From: Lingula anatina
Lineage: Eukaryota; Animalia; Brachiopoda
Assembly: GCA_051362555.1 (NCBI GenBank)
Contig: CM120642.1
Location: 13,578,001-13,642,000, forward strand
Length of the DNA: 64,000 nt
Direction: 5' to 3'
Shown: positions 1-15,000 of the stretch, in pieces
How the letters are laid out: every line of letters starts with the position of its first letter
Position numbering within the stretch: the stretch's first letter is position 1
Translations under genes and position numbers: made by a program
Notes under the pieces: generated by a model
What the model was told of the DNA's origin: nothing
Databases searched by the model: none
The model's input: the letters and a program-made list of their open reading frames with translations, nothing else

Positions 1-39
1 TTTGTTTCATAATAATAATAAAGAGCTTTTGTTTTACAG

Positions 40-3000
40 CATGCATTTGTGGCAGTTTTGCAATGCTTTGGAAGGCGTGGATTCAGTACAACAGTGAAGA
101 GAAATCGTCGCTCCAGCATACCAAAAGGGATTGGTGTCCGTGACAAGGAGTTGCCCTACTGGAAAAGATTTTTAAAGGGTGGCTACCCATTACTGGTATG
201 CTAAGAGAGAGAGTGAGACGAGATATACGATATAATGTTGACTGGTTAATATGTACATTAGTGGAAACACCCCTGATACTCACCAGAAAAGTTCTTGTGT
301 AAAGTGTTTCTTAGTAAGTTTTCTTTTGTATCATTGTTTTTTAGGGGGATGGATTGAAAATTATAGTAAAACCTGATAATTATTATTTTCTCACTTTATC
401 ATTGTTTGAATAACTTTTTCTTTTTAATTGGTTTTCACTACAACATTGGGCGCGTACATAATAGATAATCCCTGGACTAACTGATCCAGGGACTAAATAT
501 GGCTGTCCTCACTAAAATGAAGCCACCTAATCTCCTAATGGTCTCCCTGCCTCCACATGCTCCATCCATGAAGTGATCTAGCAATTAAACCTTGGAGCAG
601 AGATTTAGTCCGTTTAATGGAACGTGTGGAGGTCGAGGAGACCATCATAGGTTTAGGTGGCTTGCTTTTAAGTATGGTCGGCCATATTAAATCCGTGGAT
701 CAGTTGATCTGCAGATCATCTGTTCTGAAAGCACCAATTAACCAACTCTGAGGCTGAATATGATACCTTACTCTAAATGTGAAGAATAACAGTTTCTTAT
801 CTTAAGACAAAACATTTCATAATAATGTCCTCTTTGTTATAGAAACATATATTAAGCTATATATTATTGTCATCATACATTTCATAATAATGTCCTCTTT
901 GCTATAGAAACATGTATTAAGCTATATATTATTGTCATCATACTAATGTTATAAAATTTGATCATTTATTTAATGCAAAAACCCAACAGCTTTTATAACT
1001 TGCAAAATTTATCAAAATTATCATGGAGATAGTCTACTCTCCAGGTCAAACTTGTGACACCTCTCTACACTGTTACCAGTTTACTAGAATAAATTAATGT
1101 CATTGTTTTCCAGTTGGCCCCAGCAGTATTCACATACCTTGGTTTTTGGCAGATACAGAGACTCAAATGGAAGACGGGGATAATAGATATGCTTAATGAA
1201 AGGACCAATTCAGATCCAATACCTCTGCCAGAGGAGTAAGTGATAACAGTAAACCTAAAAAGCATTCTATACACACTTGAAAATGTCCCAAAGTCATGTT
1301 TTCATGGCTTAGTTACTGAAAAAGCTTCTGAATATATTTCCCAATTCAAACCTCAAAAGGGATGAATCCTTAAGATAGTTATTTCTCTGAAGAATACCTG
1401 ATGTTGATTTTTCTTTCCCAGTTCTAGACCTCAAAGCTTTAATATTTCTTGATATCTGGTGAAAAATAAATTTGTGGATATGATACAGATAAACAAACTG
1501 CAACTCTGTTGCCAATTTCTTGTTGTAAAGTGGAAAAAAATCCTACGAAATATCAAAAAAAAAAAAAAAATACTGCAGTCTAAATGGATCATGATCCATT
1601 CGGAACTGAGTTATATAGTTAGAAAAGGTACAAAACCAAGACATTGACTCTGAGTGCATGGACAGGTCAAGCAATGATTCATGAGTGGGAAAAAGTAGCC
1701 CCTTTTTTGAGGAAAATTAGGTTTGAAAAAAAATTTGTATAGGAAACCACACAATTGGATCTTTGTTAATTTATTTTTGTTTTGCCAAGGTAATGTATGT
1801 TTATGCTACATGTCTGTTTTAGTCATAGAAATTTTGATCATAGAAATTTGTTCATTCATTTGGTTGCTAAAAACAAAAACAAAAATTTCACAGGTTCAAA
1901 TGACAAAAAAAAAGTCTTAACTTGTTTTTATAATTACCCCCTTTCACAGGACATTTTATTTTGTCAGTCATATTGGTAGACTAAAAGTCAACTGTTTTAA
2001 TTTACATATATAAAATATAAAAAAATCATTTCAATTGTGAATTTTTAGCTTAAGAGAAATACAGGACCTTGAGTATCACCCTATCCGTGTGCGAGGGACA
2101 TTTGACCACTCCAGGGAAGTTGTTGTTTCACCTAAAGGAAGGTAGGAGAGCAATGTTCTTAATATTTGATACAATTTCTACAAGACTCAGTGTATCAAGT
2201 ATTTAGGCTATATGTTAATATAATTTTCATTGGTAAATTATTTAATATGATAGTGAATTCTACTTCCCGTCATAGTAAAAATTATACATGAAGATATGCA
2301 AATGAAATATAGAAATGACTTCAATCTATGCCATTGGTGTTAATTTTATTGATCTGTGATATACCTTTCAAAAGGTGTCATCCCATGTAAATTGATCTCA
2401 AGTTTGCACCTATATCTGTTGCAAAATGTTTTTCACATGTATTTATCATCCCTTGTATGGCTTTGTCTCTGCATTTCCAGGGTGGAGAGTACAAACCAGG
2501 CTGTGATGAGGGGGCTGCAGCCAAACACTAGAAAAAATGAAATGACCCATTACGGAGGCTGGGTGGTGACGCCATTTAAGCTGTCGGACAGGAAGTGGGT
2601 GGTGGTAACATTTTGCTCTCTGAAATAACGTTAACATGTTTTGTGTTAGCCAAGTGGGTAAATTTTTTAAACCAAATTGAAATTTGTAGCTTAAGGTAAT
2701 TTTTTTCTGTTCTTTCTGCAATTTGGTAAGAGAATTGCCATTTGTTTACGTAAGCCAGAATACTTTTATATTTCATGAGTATGTCAAGATCACAGTGTTT
2801 AGCAGACATGAGCTTCTTCACTTTTTTAAATTCAATTCTGAGGTGGCACCCCTGGCAGATTAGTTGTAGGGTTCCATGATAAATGTTAGAGGCTCATGTC
2901 TGTTTAGGCAAAAACATAGCAAGAACCATATAGTGTTCTAAGCTTAAAGTTTTAACCTTTTACATTAAATTAAAGCTATACCTTACAAAGCTATACCTTA

Positions 3001-6000
3001 CAACATATAACTGCTGTCCTCTTGTATTTCAGTACTACAATTTTAATAAATAGAGGATGGGTGCCTCATAGCAAGATTGATCCAAAAAAACGACAGAAGG
3101 GACAGGTAGGAAGCATGTTGTTTGCTTGCATAAGATTGGTTTACTAATTGTTGTCTGAATCCATTTTTAATTGTACTTGGCTCAGATATGATATGTCTTT
3201 TTTTTTGTTAATATGCTGTTTTAGCAAGGAGGTACTTTTGTTTTGCCAGCAAACTTTTCAGCCACATGGGTTTGCACATTTTAGTACCATTTTGTTAAAT
3301 AAGATATTTTCTTTATTAAAATTCACTGTATGGTTTTTTTTCTTGGTAGAAATATCTAACTCTTTTAAACTATTTATTACGAATGGAAGAGAATCTCTCA
3401 GGTCCACTGATATTTCAAGTAATGACTGGGACACAAAAAAAGCTTTAGGAAATTCTTTTCTTTACTTATGGGCATCAGAGCACTTTATCTCTACCCATAT
3501 ACAGTGTATGCACACACATACTATTTTTATTTCATTTGTGAAAAGGATCAGGGAAATAATGAGTTATGTTTTTGAATTCATGAAAATAGAAATTGCCTCA
3601 TACATTGTCATTATTAGTAAATCCAAACAACTGCAGCCAACATACTGGCATTGCGGTTGTTGCACTTTAAACACATTCACCCCCATGCACTGCATTCATA
3701 GGTAGTTTACAGGTGTGCCAAAGATGCTTAAGGTGAATTTTTTCCTTATAAAAAATTAAGATTATTATCTTAGAAATGCCTTTTGATAGCATAAAATGGT
3801 GTTTTGCAAAATTATTCTGCTGACATGTATGCTTCAGCTAATTGTCATTGCTTCACACAATTGTTAGCTGGTCAGTAGGTTTCTTCTTCTTCTTAATAAA
3901 TTTGAATTTAGACCTAATTTGTCAAATAATAGGAATGATTCTTCTGTGACATTTATTCGATAGAAATATGCCATATATGTTTAAAAATGAGTATGCGTGT
4001 GTGTGTATTTTAGCAAACCGAGGCAAGTCTGGAGATTTATAAGCAGTAAGGAATATACACATTTGAAATTAAAAGCCTTTAACTACATTTCTTTTCATAA
4101 GAAAAACCTACACGTTCTTCATTGACTTATATTTGCCTTGACAAAAATGTCTTATTGAAATGGTTAAAGGCAAAAAGTTATTTCCTTTTTTGTATCATAC
4201 TTGAGCAGCTTTTGCAATTGAACTGCCGAGTTTGTTAAGAAAAACATGATATTTTAGATCATGCCCCTAAAGGAGGCATAAATCGAAGATAAAAAAGGAT
4301 GTCAGTGGGTATGAGAAGAAAAGTATAAAAAAAAAATTGATCAAGTTGTGTTCCAATGGGTAATTTCACATCACCAAGCTACTGGGGTTTACTCAAATCT
4401 ACTATGAAGTGAGTAAAAGCAGTTAAGTAAAAAATATACATATTCTTTATTTCATAAGAACATTTAATACAGAAATAATTTAGATTCATAAGATAAATAA
4501 TATTCCTATATTTAATACTAGTTATAAATTAAATTAGACAATCATTGAAGTAATTTGAACATACAATATAATTGGTTTTATTGCAGATATTTGACACAGG
4601 AGTCAACAAATGTTACATTTATATTAACACTGCCACTGCCATTTTAAATGCCAGAATGTAACACATTAATGCCCCCCTCTCAGTGAAAAGATTGCACTTT
4701 TTAATACTAGTATTTAATTAAATCAACATAGCACATTGTTCAGTTGATCTTACGTTGGCATGTTAAACTTTAAAAAAAAGACAACATTAACTGTATGAAA
4801 AAGATAATGATGTCTTTAAAAATTGAAGATAACAGACAAATGAATGAATAAATTATAGAATAATGATAAAATAAATTTGAGTGATCTTTTTTTTTTAAGA
4901 AGTGGTCAATTTTAGAAAAGAATTGCACCAAGCTAGCTAGTCTCATCTTGACTGAAAGTAACATTTAGTTAAATTATTCATAGGTAAAGTTTTAGTTAGC
5001 TGTGTTTGGGATTTCCTTTTTAGTTCACTTGTGTCAGCAGAAATTGACTCAAATGTAACAGAAGAAGAGCAGTAGTCATGTTTGTTGTTAGTCTGAACTA
5101 ATTGCATTCATTTCTAAAATAATTTTAGATTTACAAAAATATTTTCACCGTTCACCTAGCTTGGAAATGGCACTAAACATAGAAAATAATTCTCATAAAT
5201 TAAACAAAGAAAATGGCACTTTCTTATTTACAGTGCATAGTTACCAGAATGGAAAAAATGTTTTAAAGATGTTTTGAAGATATTATGCTACGAAACATTT
5301 GAGCTGTTCCCTTTTCTACATCATTTCCATGACTGAAAAAGAGTACTAAGCTCCTAACATGAACATGTTTTCAGTATATTGATCTATAGTATTTACAGTT
5401 AAAATGTGCGGAACACTTATAAAATTTGCTTCAGTAGGTTTTATGTTATCTGTAAATTTTTATGACAAAATCCAATGAAGCTGAGGTAGATACTGCTGCC
5501 AAGACAAACAGATATAATACCACTACCTTTCGTTATCTTCCTTCCATCCTGCATTTCTGATTAGGTCACTTTAAAAAAACAACTGTTCCTGGGAGACATA
5601 CATGAAAAAATACCTGAACTTGTGAAAGATTTGATGAATTAAATGTAGTGTAGTGATTGACAGTGGAAAGGATCATGTCGTACCATTTGTTAATTCCTAA
5701 ATGAAGTATCATTTTGCTTACAGTCCACTTGCTTTTTCTCATACTTTGTCAGGAGTTTGAAGTTCTGTATTCGCCATACAGGTGGTCCTGGGATAATGAT
5801 GCTTGGTCATTTTACTGCTTAGGGAGTTGCAGTAGTGACTGAATGGTAATATTTTTAGATAGTAGAAAACAGTTGAGCAGTAGATGTCAGGGTTGAAACT
5901 ATTTCCTTATTGGGATTCCAATTCAGATAGATGTATTTACAATTTTGAGATTCTTTCCCCTTCAGAATTTATCTTCTTTATTTGTGTGAGTGTAGGTCAT

Positions 6001-9000
6001 ATTCAAGTTTCCTAGTTTTCTGTTCATCTAGCTCCTCTGTTTTTTGCAGCACAGTTTGTGAGATGAAATATAAAGATGGTGTGTTTTTAAATATCACAAT
6101 GGATGATTGAAGTTACTTGGGTGAAGTCATGTTGTCATCTGCCAGAAAATCGAAAGCGCCACCAAAGAGAGCCCCTATTTGCTGCTGCCAACTCTCTTGA
6201 AGACTTGTCTTGACACAGACAGTCTGAAATTAGAGTTTGAAAGACCATTTAAACAAAATCAAAATCAAAATCAAAACAGCATAATGCATAAGCCAAGAAC
6301 TGTATCTTTCTTAGTGTTTTAAAAATATTATTCTGATGTTTTCATCATAACAGTATTTTTGCATAGAATTACGTACTTTTTATTTTCTTACTATTGTCCC
6401 TGCAGCAGTTTGTTGTAGGTGCAGCCTCCAAGCAAGCAATTACTAGAAAAAAAAAGGCAAGTAGTGTTAAATGTCTTCATGCAATATCTTAACATATGAT
6501 ACCATTTTTTGTATCTATTGGTATTTTTTTTAGAATTTTAAAGCTTGCAAAAAAAACATGTGAAAAACATTTCTCATTAATTGAAAGAATTTGAAACTAA
6601 CCTTGGAGCAGCACAAGCCCAGTGATCAAAGCAATTACTATTTTATGCATGATTCAAAATTTGTTTGATATATACCAGCCTCAGTGTGTCCTGATCGGGT
6701 GAAATTCTTCTCGGCATACCACATCTTTGGTGTTTTATTGCAGAAAACATCCAGAGGCGGGATGCCGTCTTTGTCGCACGTTCCTGGAGCGTATCTTCCC
6801 ATCCTCGCTGGCTGGTCTTGTTGTGTTCTTCTTGGGCCTGGACATGGCAGAGGCAACATTGGTGCTTGAAATCCATTTTTCCTTACTGTCTAAAATAATG
6901 GAGCCATGCCTGGTGGATTTCTGAGATAGATAGTTGGAAATAGCTCTAAATGAATAGCTTGATTTTGCAAAAGAAGCTGGTCTCATTTTTTTGCATGGGG
7001 TGTCATAAGAAGAATTTTACATGTGATTTTTTGTAGACTTTCAAGCCTTTCATTCAGAATTTTTTTTTATTTGGCCATCTTTGCAAAAATTGATTCTACT
7101 TTTTTTCTCTTTTTCAATTTCTGTGGCAACATTTCAATATGGATAGTTGAAATTTGTATTTTTAAATTACTAGATTGGTATTGTAATGTGTCAGTTTTTA
7201 TGTCACAAAATGATCTTTCCCCGTTGTCTCCCCACCCAAATTGAAATGCCACACTTGAATTAATTTCTTTTAAGATGATAAAAATGTAGCTTTCAGTGGG
7301 GGTTGGAACTTGGCTAAAAAAGTTTCTCCCCCAGGGACCATGTCAAAAATATGTAATATCACAGTTTAGATAAAACATGTTCAGAGTATTTAATTAGAGT
7401 ATCAAAAAATACATGTAGAGAAATAGATATAAATAAATTTTATTAGGATGAACACCATACTTTTCTCAATATATTGCTGAGTGTATTATTTTTAAATATG
7501 CATGTGTCAGTCTTGGAAGACCTCACGAAGATCTCCATCTAAACTTTGGTAAACTTCGGTTGCATTTTCATTATATGTAATGGCAAATGCAAATTATTAA
7601 AAAACCTGGCTGTAGACGTTGCATCGTATGTTAAAAAATGATCCTTATCTAAACAAACATAGTCTTCATTAAGTTGGTCTGGTTGTCTGTATGATGCTGT
7701 GTCATTGTCAGGAAAATTTCAGTCACAGTTAGCCTCTTAGATATTATTGACATATTACAGGTCTATGTTCCACATGATGCAGATATTGAAGAATTTTACA
7801 TGTGATTTTTTGTAGATATGGCATTAATATGCTAGATACTCAGTTGCAAGGCTTTGTCTTCATGTCTCAGGCTGTTGACTTGTGTTAAGATTGCTTTTAA
7901 GACTGTTAAATATTATGTTGCTCTTCATACCCCATGCTGTAGAAATGTTGTAAATCTGCTGCATACTCTGTTGCAAGGTCTTGTCTCCATATCTTAAGCT
8001 GTTGACATGTGTGTAGCCTGCTGCATACTCTGTTGCAAGGCCTTGTCTCCATTTCTCAAGCTGTTGACATGTGTATAGTCTACTGCATACTCTGTTGCAA
8101 GGCCTTGTCGCCATATCTCAAGCTGTTGACATGTGTATAGTCTGCTGCATACTCTGTTGCAAGGCCTTGTCTCCATGTCTCAGGCTGTTGAAATGTGTAA
8201 AGTGTGCTGCATACTCTGTTGCAAGGCCTTGTTGCCATGTCTCAGGCTGTTGAAATGTGTAAAGTCTGTTGATCTCATAGCTATCGCTGTTGACGTGCTA
8301 TGTCTGTAGCATTTTCTGTTGCAAGGCCTTGTCTGGGTATCTCAGGCTTTTGATATGTTATGAGTCTTTTGCATACTCTGTTGCAAAGCCTTATCTCTGT
8401 ATCTCAGGCTTTTGATATGTTATAAGTCTTTTGCATACTCTGTTGCAAAGCCTTATCTCTGTATCTCAGGCTTTTGATATGTTATAAGTCTTCTGCATAC
8501 TCTGTTGCGAAGTCTTGTCTCCATGTGTCATGCTGTTGACATGTGTCAATTCTTTTGCATATTCTGTTGCAAGGTCCTGTCTCCAAGTCCCATGCTGTTG
8601 ACATACCCATGTCCCATATAATACTAAAATGATGTAAATCCACATATTCTATATTTTTTGACATGTTGCATTCACGACAAGTCATTTGTGTATGCCCCAA
8701 CCGCTATGGAGACGTCAGGGATTATTGTCCTATGTTGACATGCCCTGCATGCTGTTCACAGGCCTGGTGTACATATATTGTTGAGATGGCCCCTCAGTGT
8801 GAAGCTGGGTATGTTTGAATAATCATATCTCGCTTTAAAGGGATGCTGGGTAAAAGTTTGAAATGACACATTTAATCATTTAACTTGAAGTCAGTTCTTT
8901 TATAAGAAGTATTACCTTTGTACAGCAACAGCTTCAGATTACACTGTGTCTGTTTTTCTTAAAGATACAGATCACTCTAAAACTTTTAAACAGTTTATAT

Positions 9001-12000
9001 ACGGTTTTCATTATATAGTGTTTGAAATGTGAATCTTGCCTTTTATTCACCTTGAGCAGTATGTTCATCATGTGATATCTGATCTTCTGTTTTAACTTTA
9101 GGTAACAGTTTTGGTGTGCAATGTATTTTAATTCTCAGTGAAGCCAGTGGTGAAAAAGTAGGTGGTTAATGCCACCTAATAAAATATTAAAAGTTTTGGA
9201 AAATTACACAACTGGAGCTGCATGGATGCTACTGTAACATATATGAAATGTAATTTTTTAATTGACAGTATATTTTTTACTCAGATTATCATTTTTATCT
9301 TCCAAATAGTCTGTAAAATTGCATGATTTCTTTTTCATTTATGACTTACCAAAATTAAATAATACAGTTTCATGTCTATTGGTTTTAGCCTGGCTTAAAT
9401 AGGGACTCACCAACCCTATGGAAACAGTTTCCGGTTAATCGTCTTTTTTTGGACTTTTTTCTCCCAAAGATGATGGTCCTCTGGTAGTACACTTAAGTTA
9501 CAGTTACAAATTGAATTTTCAGTATGCATTCTCTTTTGAATATAAGGCCTTCTTTTTCATTTCATATCAAAAATTGGATAAGGTACGATTATGATTTTGA
9601 TATATTTAATCTTTTACAAGTTTGCTCCAGTGTTATTTTATGTGAAGCTAACTTTTCTGAGAAAGTATTATTAACTTGACAATGCCTTTATTAACCTTTC
9701 TGAGACTGCCAATTTTTGAAAAATTAATGTATGCCTTTGAAAGCACATGTCAGCAGTAACCAAACATGTGCACCAATTAGTATAATGGTATTTATTTTTG
9801 TGCAGTTTACATAGTTCAGTGTTCTTCAAAATGTGAAAGATTTACTTTTAAGTGTTTTATCTGCTAAAAGATTTAGATTGCTATGCAGCAAATTGTTTAT
9901 TCAATTTTGAATATTATACAATGCCATGCAACTTGCCTCTGTGAACTAGTAACCTGATCAGGTCAACTGGTCAGTGGCACAAGGTCGGAACAAACAAAAT
10001 CACACAATAATTTTGTAGGCAATTACTGTACAATTTAATCATCTCCAATAAAAAATGACGCAACTCTAAAAAAGCATTTGAAAAATTTACTGGTCTGAGA
10101 ATGATTAAAAACTGATTTACCCAAAGCAATGTCAACCATGTCATACATGTGACTTCCATACATGTGACATCCAGAAATGTGTCAAGCGTAACTACACACA
10201 GTCATGCCTCAGTAGAAATATTCAATGAAAACTTGCCAGGAATGTGTACCCCTTCCTTCTGTTTCACATACTCATTTCACGATCAATAAAAAACCACAAA
10301 GTAATTGCCACAGTACATAGCTGTGGTTCTCCCTCTAAGACTCCCATCAACTCTATAAGTGCACTAAGTGCTGGCATACCGCCCCCATCCAATCCTCATA
10401 ATGAGAAGAATTCTGGTTAAAAGCTTTTAATTGTACACTATATATTTAAGTAAAATGTCAAAGCCCCAACTGAAGGAAGTAAATCTACATTTGTGAATTG
10501 CTTATTCTGAAAAGATAATGCTGCTCATTTTCCCACATATAAATATCTTCTTTTTTAATTCATGCAAAAAACAAACATTTTTCACATATTTTCAAAAAAA
10601 AAATTATGTATTTCTCAAATGATCTACTAATTTGTATAGGCTCTTATGGGAAAATCCTCATTTTCAAGTTTCAGTTTTAAGATTCTTTTATCAAATTATA
10701 AATAAATTTATTTACAGTAGAGTTAATTTCACAGTTGCAGCTTTAACCTGCTTAAAGTATCTTAGATATTTTATGACCCATTCTGGTATTTGACCTGAAA
10801 ATTGAACAGTAAAAGAGTTTCTATAAAATAAGTTTCAATTTTTGTCTGGTATTTCTATTGATGATAATATTTTCCCCTCTCAATTGAACTTTCTCCTAAG
10901 ATCTTTTAAAAAGAAAATAAATTTTTTTATGGAATAAAATCTCTAATTTTTATGTACAGACACAGATGTGTCTGTACATATTGCCATCACCTGCGTCTGT
11001 CGTCGCCGTCGCCGTCGCCGTCGCCGATGCCGATGCCGGCGCCGTGCACTTTCCTTGTAAACACGATAAGTGGAGGGCAGTTTTACTTTTTGGCTTAATA
11101 TTTACAGAGCTGATGAATATTCATAAAACGCAGGTCAAGTTCGAAAACCAGCATGATCGGGCCATTATTGTAGAAGTTATGCTGTTTTTTCACTTTTCAG
11201 CATATATGCAACCCTGTAAACACATTTTAAGGAAAACCGTTAGGCCTGTTGTCATGAAACTCACAGGAGTAATCAATCTTACTAAAACGCAGGTCAAGAT
11301 CGAAAATCGGCATGATCGGGCCACTATTTTAGTAGTTATGCTGTTTTTTCATTTTTCAGCATATATGCAACACTGTAAACACAATATAAGAAAAACAGAT
11401 AGGACAATTGTCATTTAACTCACAGGAGTGGTCAATCTTACTAAAACACAGGTTGAGTTCGAAAATCAGCATAATCGGGCCATTATTTTAGAAGTTATGC
11501 TGTTTTTTCAAATTTCCTCAGATTCAACTCTTAGGCATGTTAACAGTCTCATTATTGAATAATAAGATACGTAAAAGTGTTTGTTTGACATTTCCTGCAT
11601 CTTTACAACATTGTTAGTTGATTACGTAAAAATGATGGTAAACTTTTTATCGTGTATTGCGTAATAAAGTTTCAAAAATGGAAATAAACTCATATCATTG
11701 CAGTTTGTCAGATTTAATCATTCACTATGTTCAGAATCTCAGAACGGAGGAAATTGGACATTTAACACTGTTGTATTGATATTTTTCCCATCTCATCAAT
11801 TTTCTTAGTTGATCGTATAAAAATGGCAGTAACCTGTTAATTTTGTTTTATGTTAAAAAAAGTGTTAAAAATGGAGAAAAAAAACATTTCAGAACAGTGC
11901 TGTCTTGTTTACATTCTGGCATTTTCAAGTTGTGACTTGGAAGTTCCATGGGCCTGAAGACCTTTGCTAGTCACATTTTCTGAATATCCATGATACTAAT

Positions 12001-15000
12001 ATTTTATAATTAAAAATTGATGGTCATTATGCTGTTAAACATTATGTAATATTGCATCAAAATTTGAAAAAACCTATTTTGGGCACTGCTCCCATGATGA
12101 CCATTTAAGAAAAACCATGTCACTTACTGTTCTCAAACAGTACAGTAAATATGTACAGATGTGTCTGTACATATTGCCATCACCTACGTCTGTCGTCGCC
12201 GTTGTCGCCGGTGCCGATGCCGTGCACTTTCATTGTAAACATGATAAGTGGATGGCAGTTTTACTTTTTGGCTGTATATTTACAGAGCTGATGAATATTC
12301 ATAAAACGCAGGTCAAGTTAAAAAAATCAGCATGATCGGGCCATTATTGTAGAAGTTATGCTGTTTTTTCACTTTTCAGCATGTATGCAACACTGTAAAC
12401 ACATTTTAGGGAAAACCGATAGGCCTGTTGTCATGAAAATCACAAGAGTAATTGATCTTACTATAACACAGGTCAAGTTCGAAAATTGGCATGTTCCACG
12501 GGCTTGAAGACCCATGCTAGTCACATTTTCTGAAAATCCATGATATGTGTATTTTATTATTAAAAATTAACGGTCATTTTGCTGTTAACCATTATGTAAT
12601 ATTGCATCAGAATAGAAGAAAACACAATTTTGGGTGCTGCTGCCAAGATGACCATTATGGGAAAACCATGTTACTTATGATTGTCAAACTTTCAAAAAAG
12701 AAATACAGGACTAATATGCAGAGTAATTGATCTTACTAAAACGCAGGTCAAGTTAAAAAATCGGCATGATCGGGCCACTATTTTAGTAGTTATGCTTTTT
12801 TTTTCACTTTTCAGCATATATGCAACACTGTAAACACAATATAAGAAAAACAGATAGGCCAATTGTCATTAAACTCACAGGAGTGGTCATTTCTGCTAAA
12901 TCGCAGGTTGAGTTCAAAAATCAGCATAATCGGGCCATTATTTTAAAGAAATGCCGTTTTTATGTACAGACACAGATGTATTTTACCTGTTGAGCATAAT
13001 TAAAATTTGATGTTGAATTTGCAGTTTAACATAATGTACTTTTGCATCAGAATTGACAGTAGCCTTTTTTTGTTATTTCCTGCTTTTTGTCTGTACATTT
13101 GACAGCTTTGCTGACTTGTTTATATTTTTTACCCATCAAATTCAAAGTCAATGTTTGCTTATGAAACAAAGTAATTTTCATCTCTTAAAATAATTAAGAC
13201 AGATTATGAAGGTTTTTATCTCTAGTGAGTATGGTTTACAAGCTTATGGTACCATCTGATCTCCGGTTATTGACTTGTGGGCTAAAAGTGGTCCAAGGAA
13301 TATTTATTTAGAAAGCTTTTTAAATAATTTAAGTATTTCTAATGTGAAAGCTATTTTTCCAAAGATTTTTGATAAGTTTTTTCAATAATATTTTTATTTT
13401 GTTTTAAAAATATTGAGTTGTTTTCATATAAACAAAGCTTTGACAGTGAAAATTTTATTAGAAAATGAATAACATCTGACTGACTGTCTAAATGTAAAAA
13501 TGAATTAAAAAAAATTGTGAATTTAGTAAAAGATGTTCATGTTATCTTGAAAAAATTGCTCAACTATGCAGTACTGGTCCAACAGACTTGTTAAGTAAGC
13601 AAATAAGTGTCAAATTGTTGACATTTTATAGTGATTTTAAGGACATCTTTTTTATTTCCTCAGCCTTTTTAAAGTCAGGGCCAAAGGGTTTTGTTAAATT
13701 CCCATACATTTTAAAGTAGTTTCATTAGGAAAAAGTTGTTTGATTACTCCTTTAAAATGTGTTAACTGGAGAGAATAAGAACTGAGTTGAGAATTCAAAA
13801 TTTCCCTTAAGTAAGACAACCAGTAGGTACACATTTGACAGGTGACCTGCATTTAGGCATGAAATCATCAGGGAACCATGAAAAAAGAAACACTGTGTCA
13901 ACCTTTTAGCAATAAATATGTTTGCAGAGCTATTATCCGTGTGTGTGATCCTGCTTTTTATATGTTTTTGCCGTGTTTGAAAATGGAAACAAGTCAACTG
14001 ACGCCATTTCAAAGAATTGGTTTCCTCTGACCGACCTTTTTGTCAGCAGTCCTCATCAGGTTGAACATCAGTTCCGTCTCAGCTCCCTAATAGAGTAGCA
14101 GATAATGTGCCATAGCAGCCACTGGCGTGAAACTGCAGTACATAAAAGTTGCAAGTACTTTGAAATGTTAAGGGCACTGCTAAATGTCTTTGAAGATGGA
14201 AATGCACTGGATTTGCGGGTTGCTTTAAGTCTTCCTGGTCATATTAAAATTCTGGAAATTGCCCATATATTATGAAAATACAAAATTTTATATTATTTTT
14301 ACTATTATTATAAATCTTTTGAAGTATTTAGTACTGTATGGTGATCTTTCTCTTTACTTACACACAATATATAACATTTTAGTTAAATTTAATGGGGGGT
14401 AAAAATTTTGTATATTAATTTTGATAAACTTTACAGTGGAGTAAGTGTGTAAGTGTAAAAAATAACAGATTTTGTCAGCTTCTTTTATATTTCTAGGCTT
14501 AAAGGGATAATAACTCTTCGTATGATATCTATATTTCACAATAAAAACATTGTGAGCAACTCATAGAAATATAATTTATTCTGTTTTACCACAAAAACGG
14601 CAGTTATAGCTATTATTTTGATATCTGAGCTTGTCTTCAGATCACATGACCTCCATTGATGGCTGTACTCTGTTATAATCTCTTAAGAGATTTTAACAAA
14701 AACAAACTTTTAAGAAAAAAACCAGGGACTAACTTTGAATGTTAAAATGGATTCATTAACCATTGGTAAGTATGGGAAAATTGTTGTTTACTCCAGGAAA
14801 ATTCATTTTTTGGCCAAAACAAAGAGTTATTATCCCTTTAAGGTATAGTTTGCACAGTGGAGATGTGCAGTTTAAAGTTTGGAATGAAAATGTGATTTCT
14901 AAATGTACAAATCCCTTAATGTTGATCTAGTCTTTGAATCAGATAAGAATTCTATTCATGTTCTATTAAATGATTGCTAAAGGACCATTCCCACACCCTA

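Noticed and set aside
3148-3705. 185-aa plus-strand ORF
   Set aside because: AT-rich F/L/I-biased intronic ORF with no motif; it lies in the SURF1 intron.
7835-8610. CRISPR-like regular array
   Set aside because: Whole units repeat without unique spacers, the context is a eukaryotic intron, and there are no cas genes.
10966-11418. 150-aa ORF with internal repeats
   Set aside because: Translation of the HINE microsatellite and 159-bp cores.
13940-14140. Minus-strand coding exon
   Set aside because: All three frames after the candidate acceptor stop within about 22 codons.
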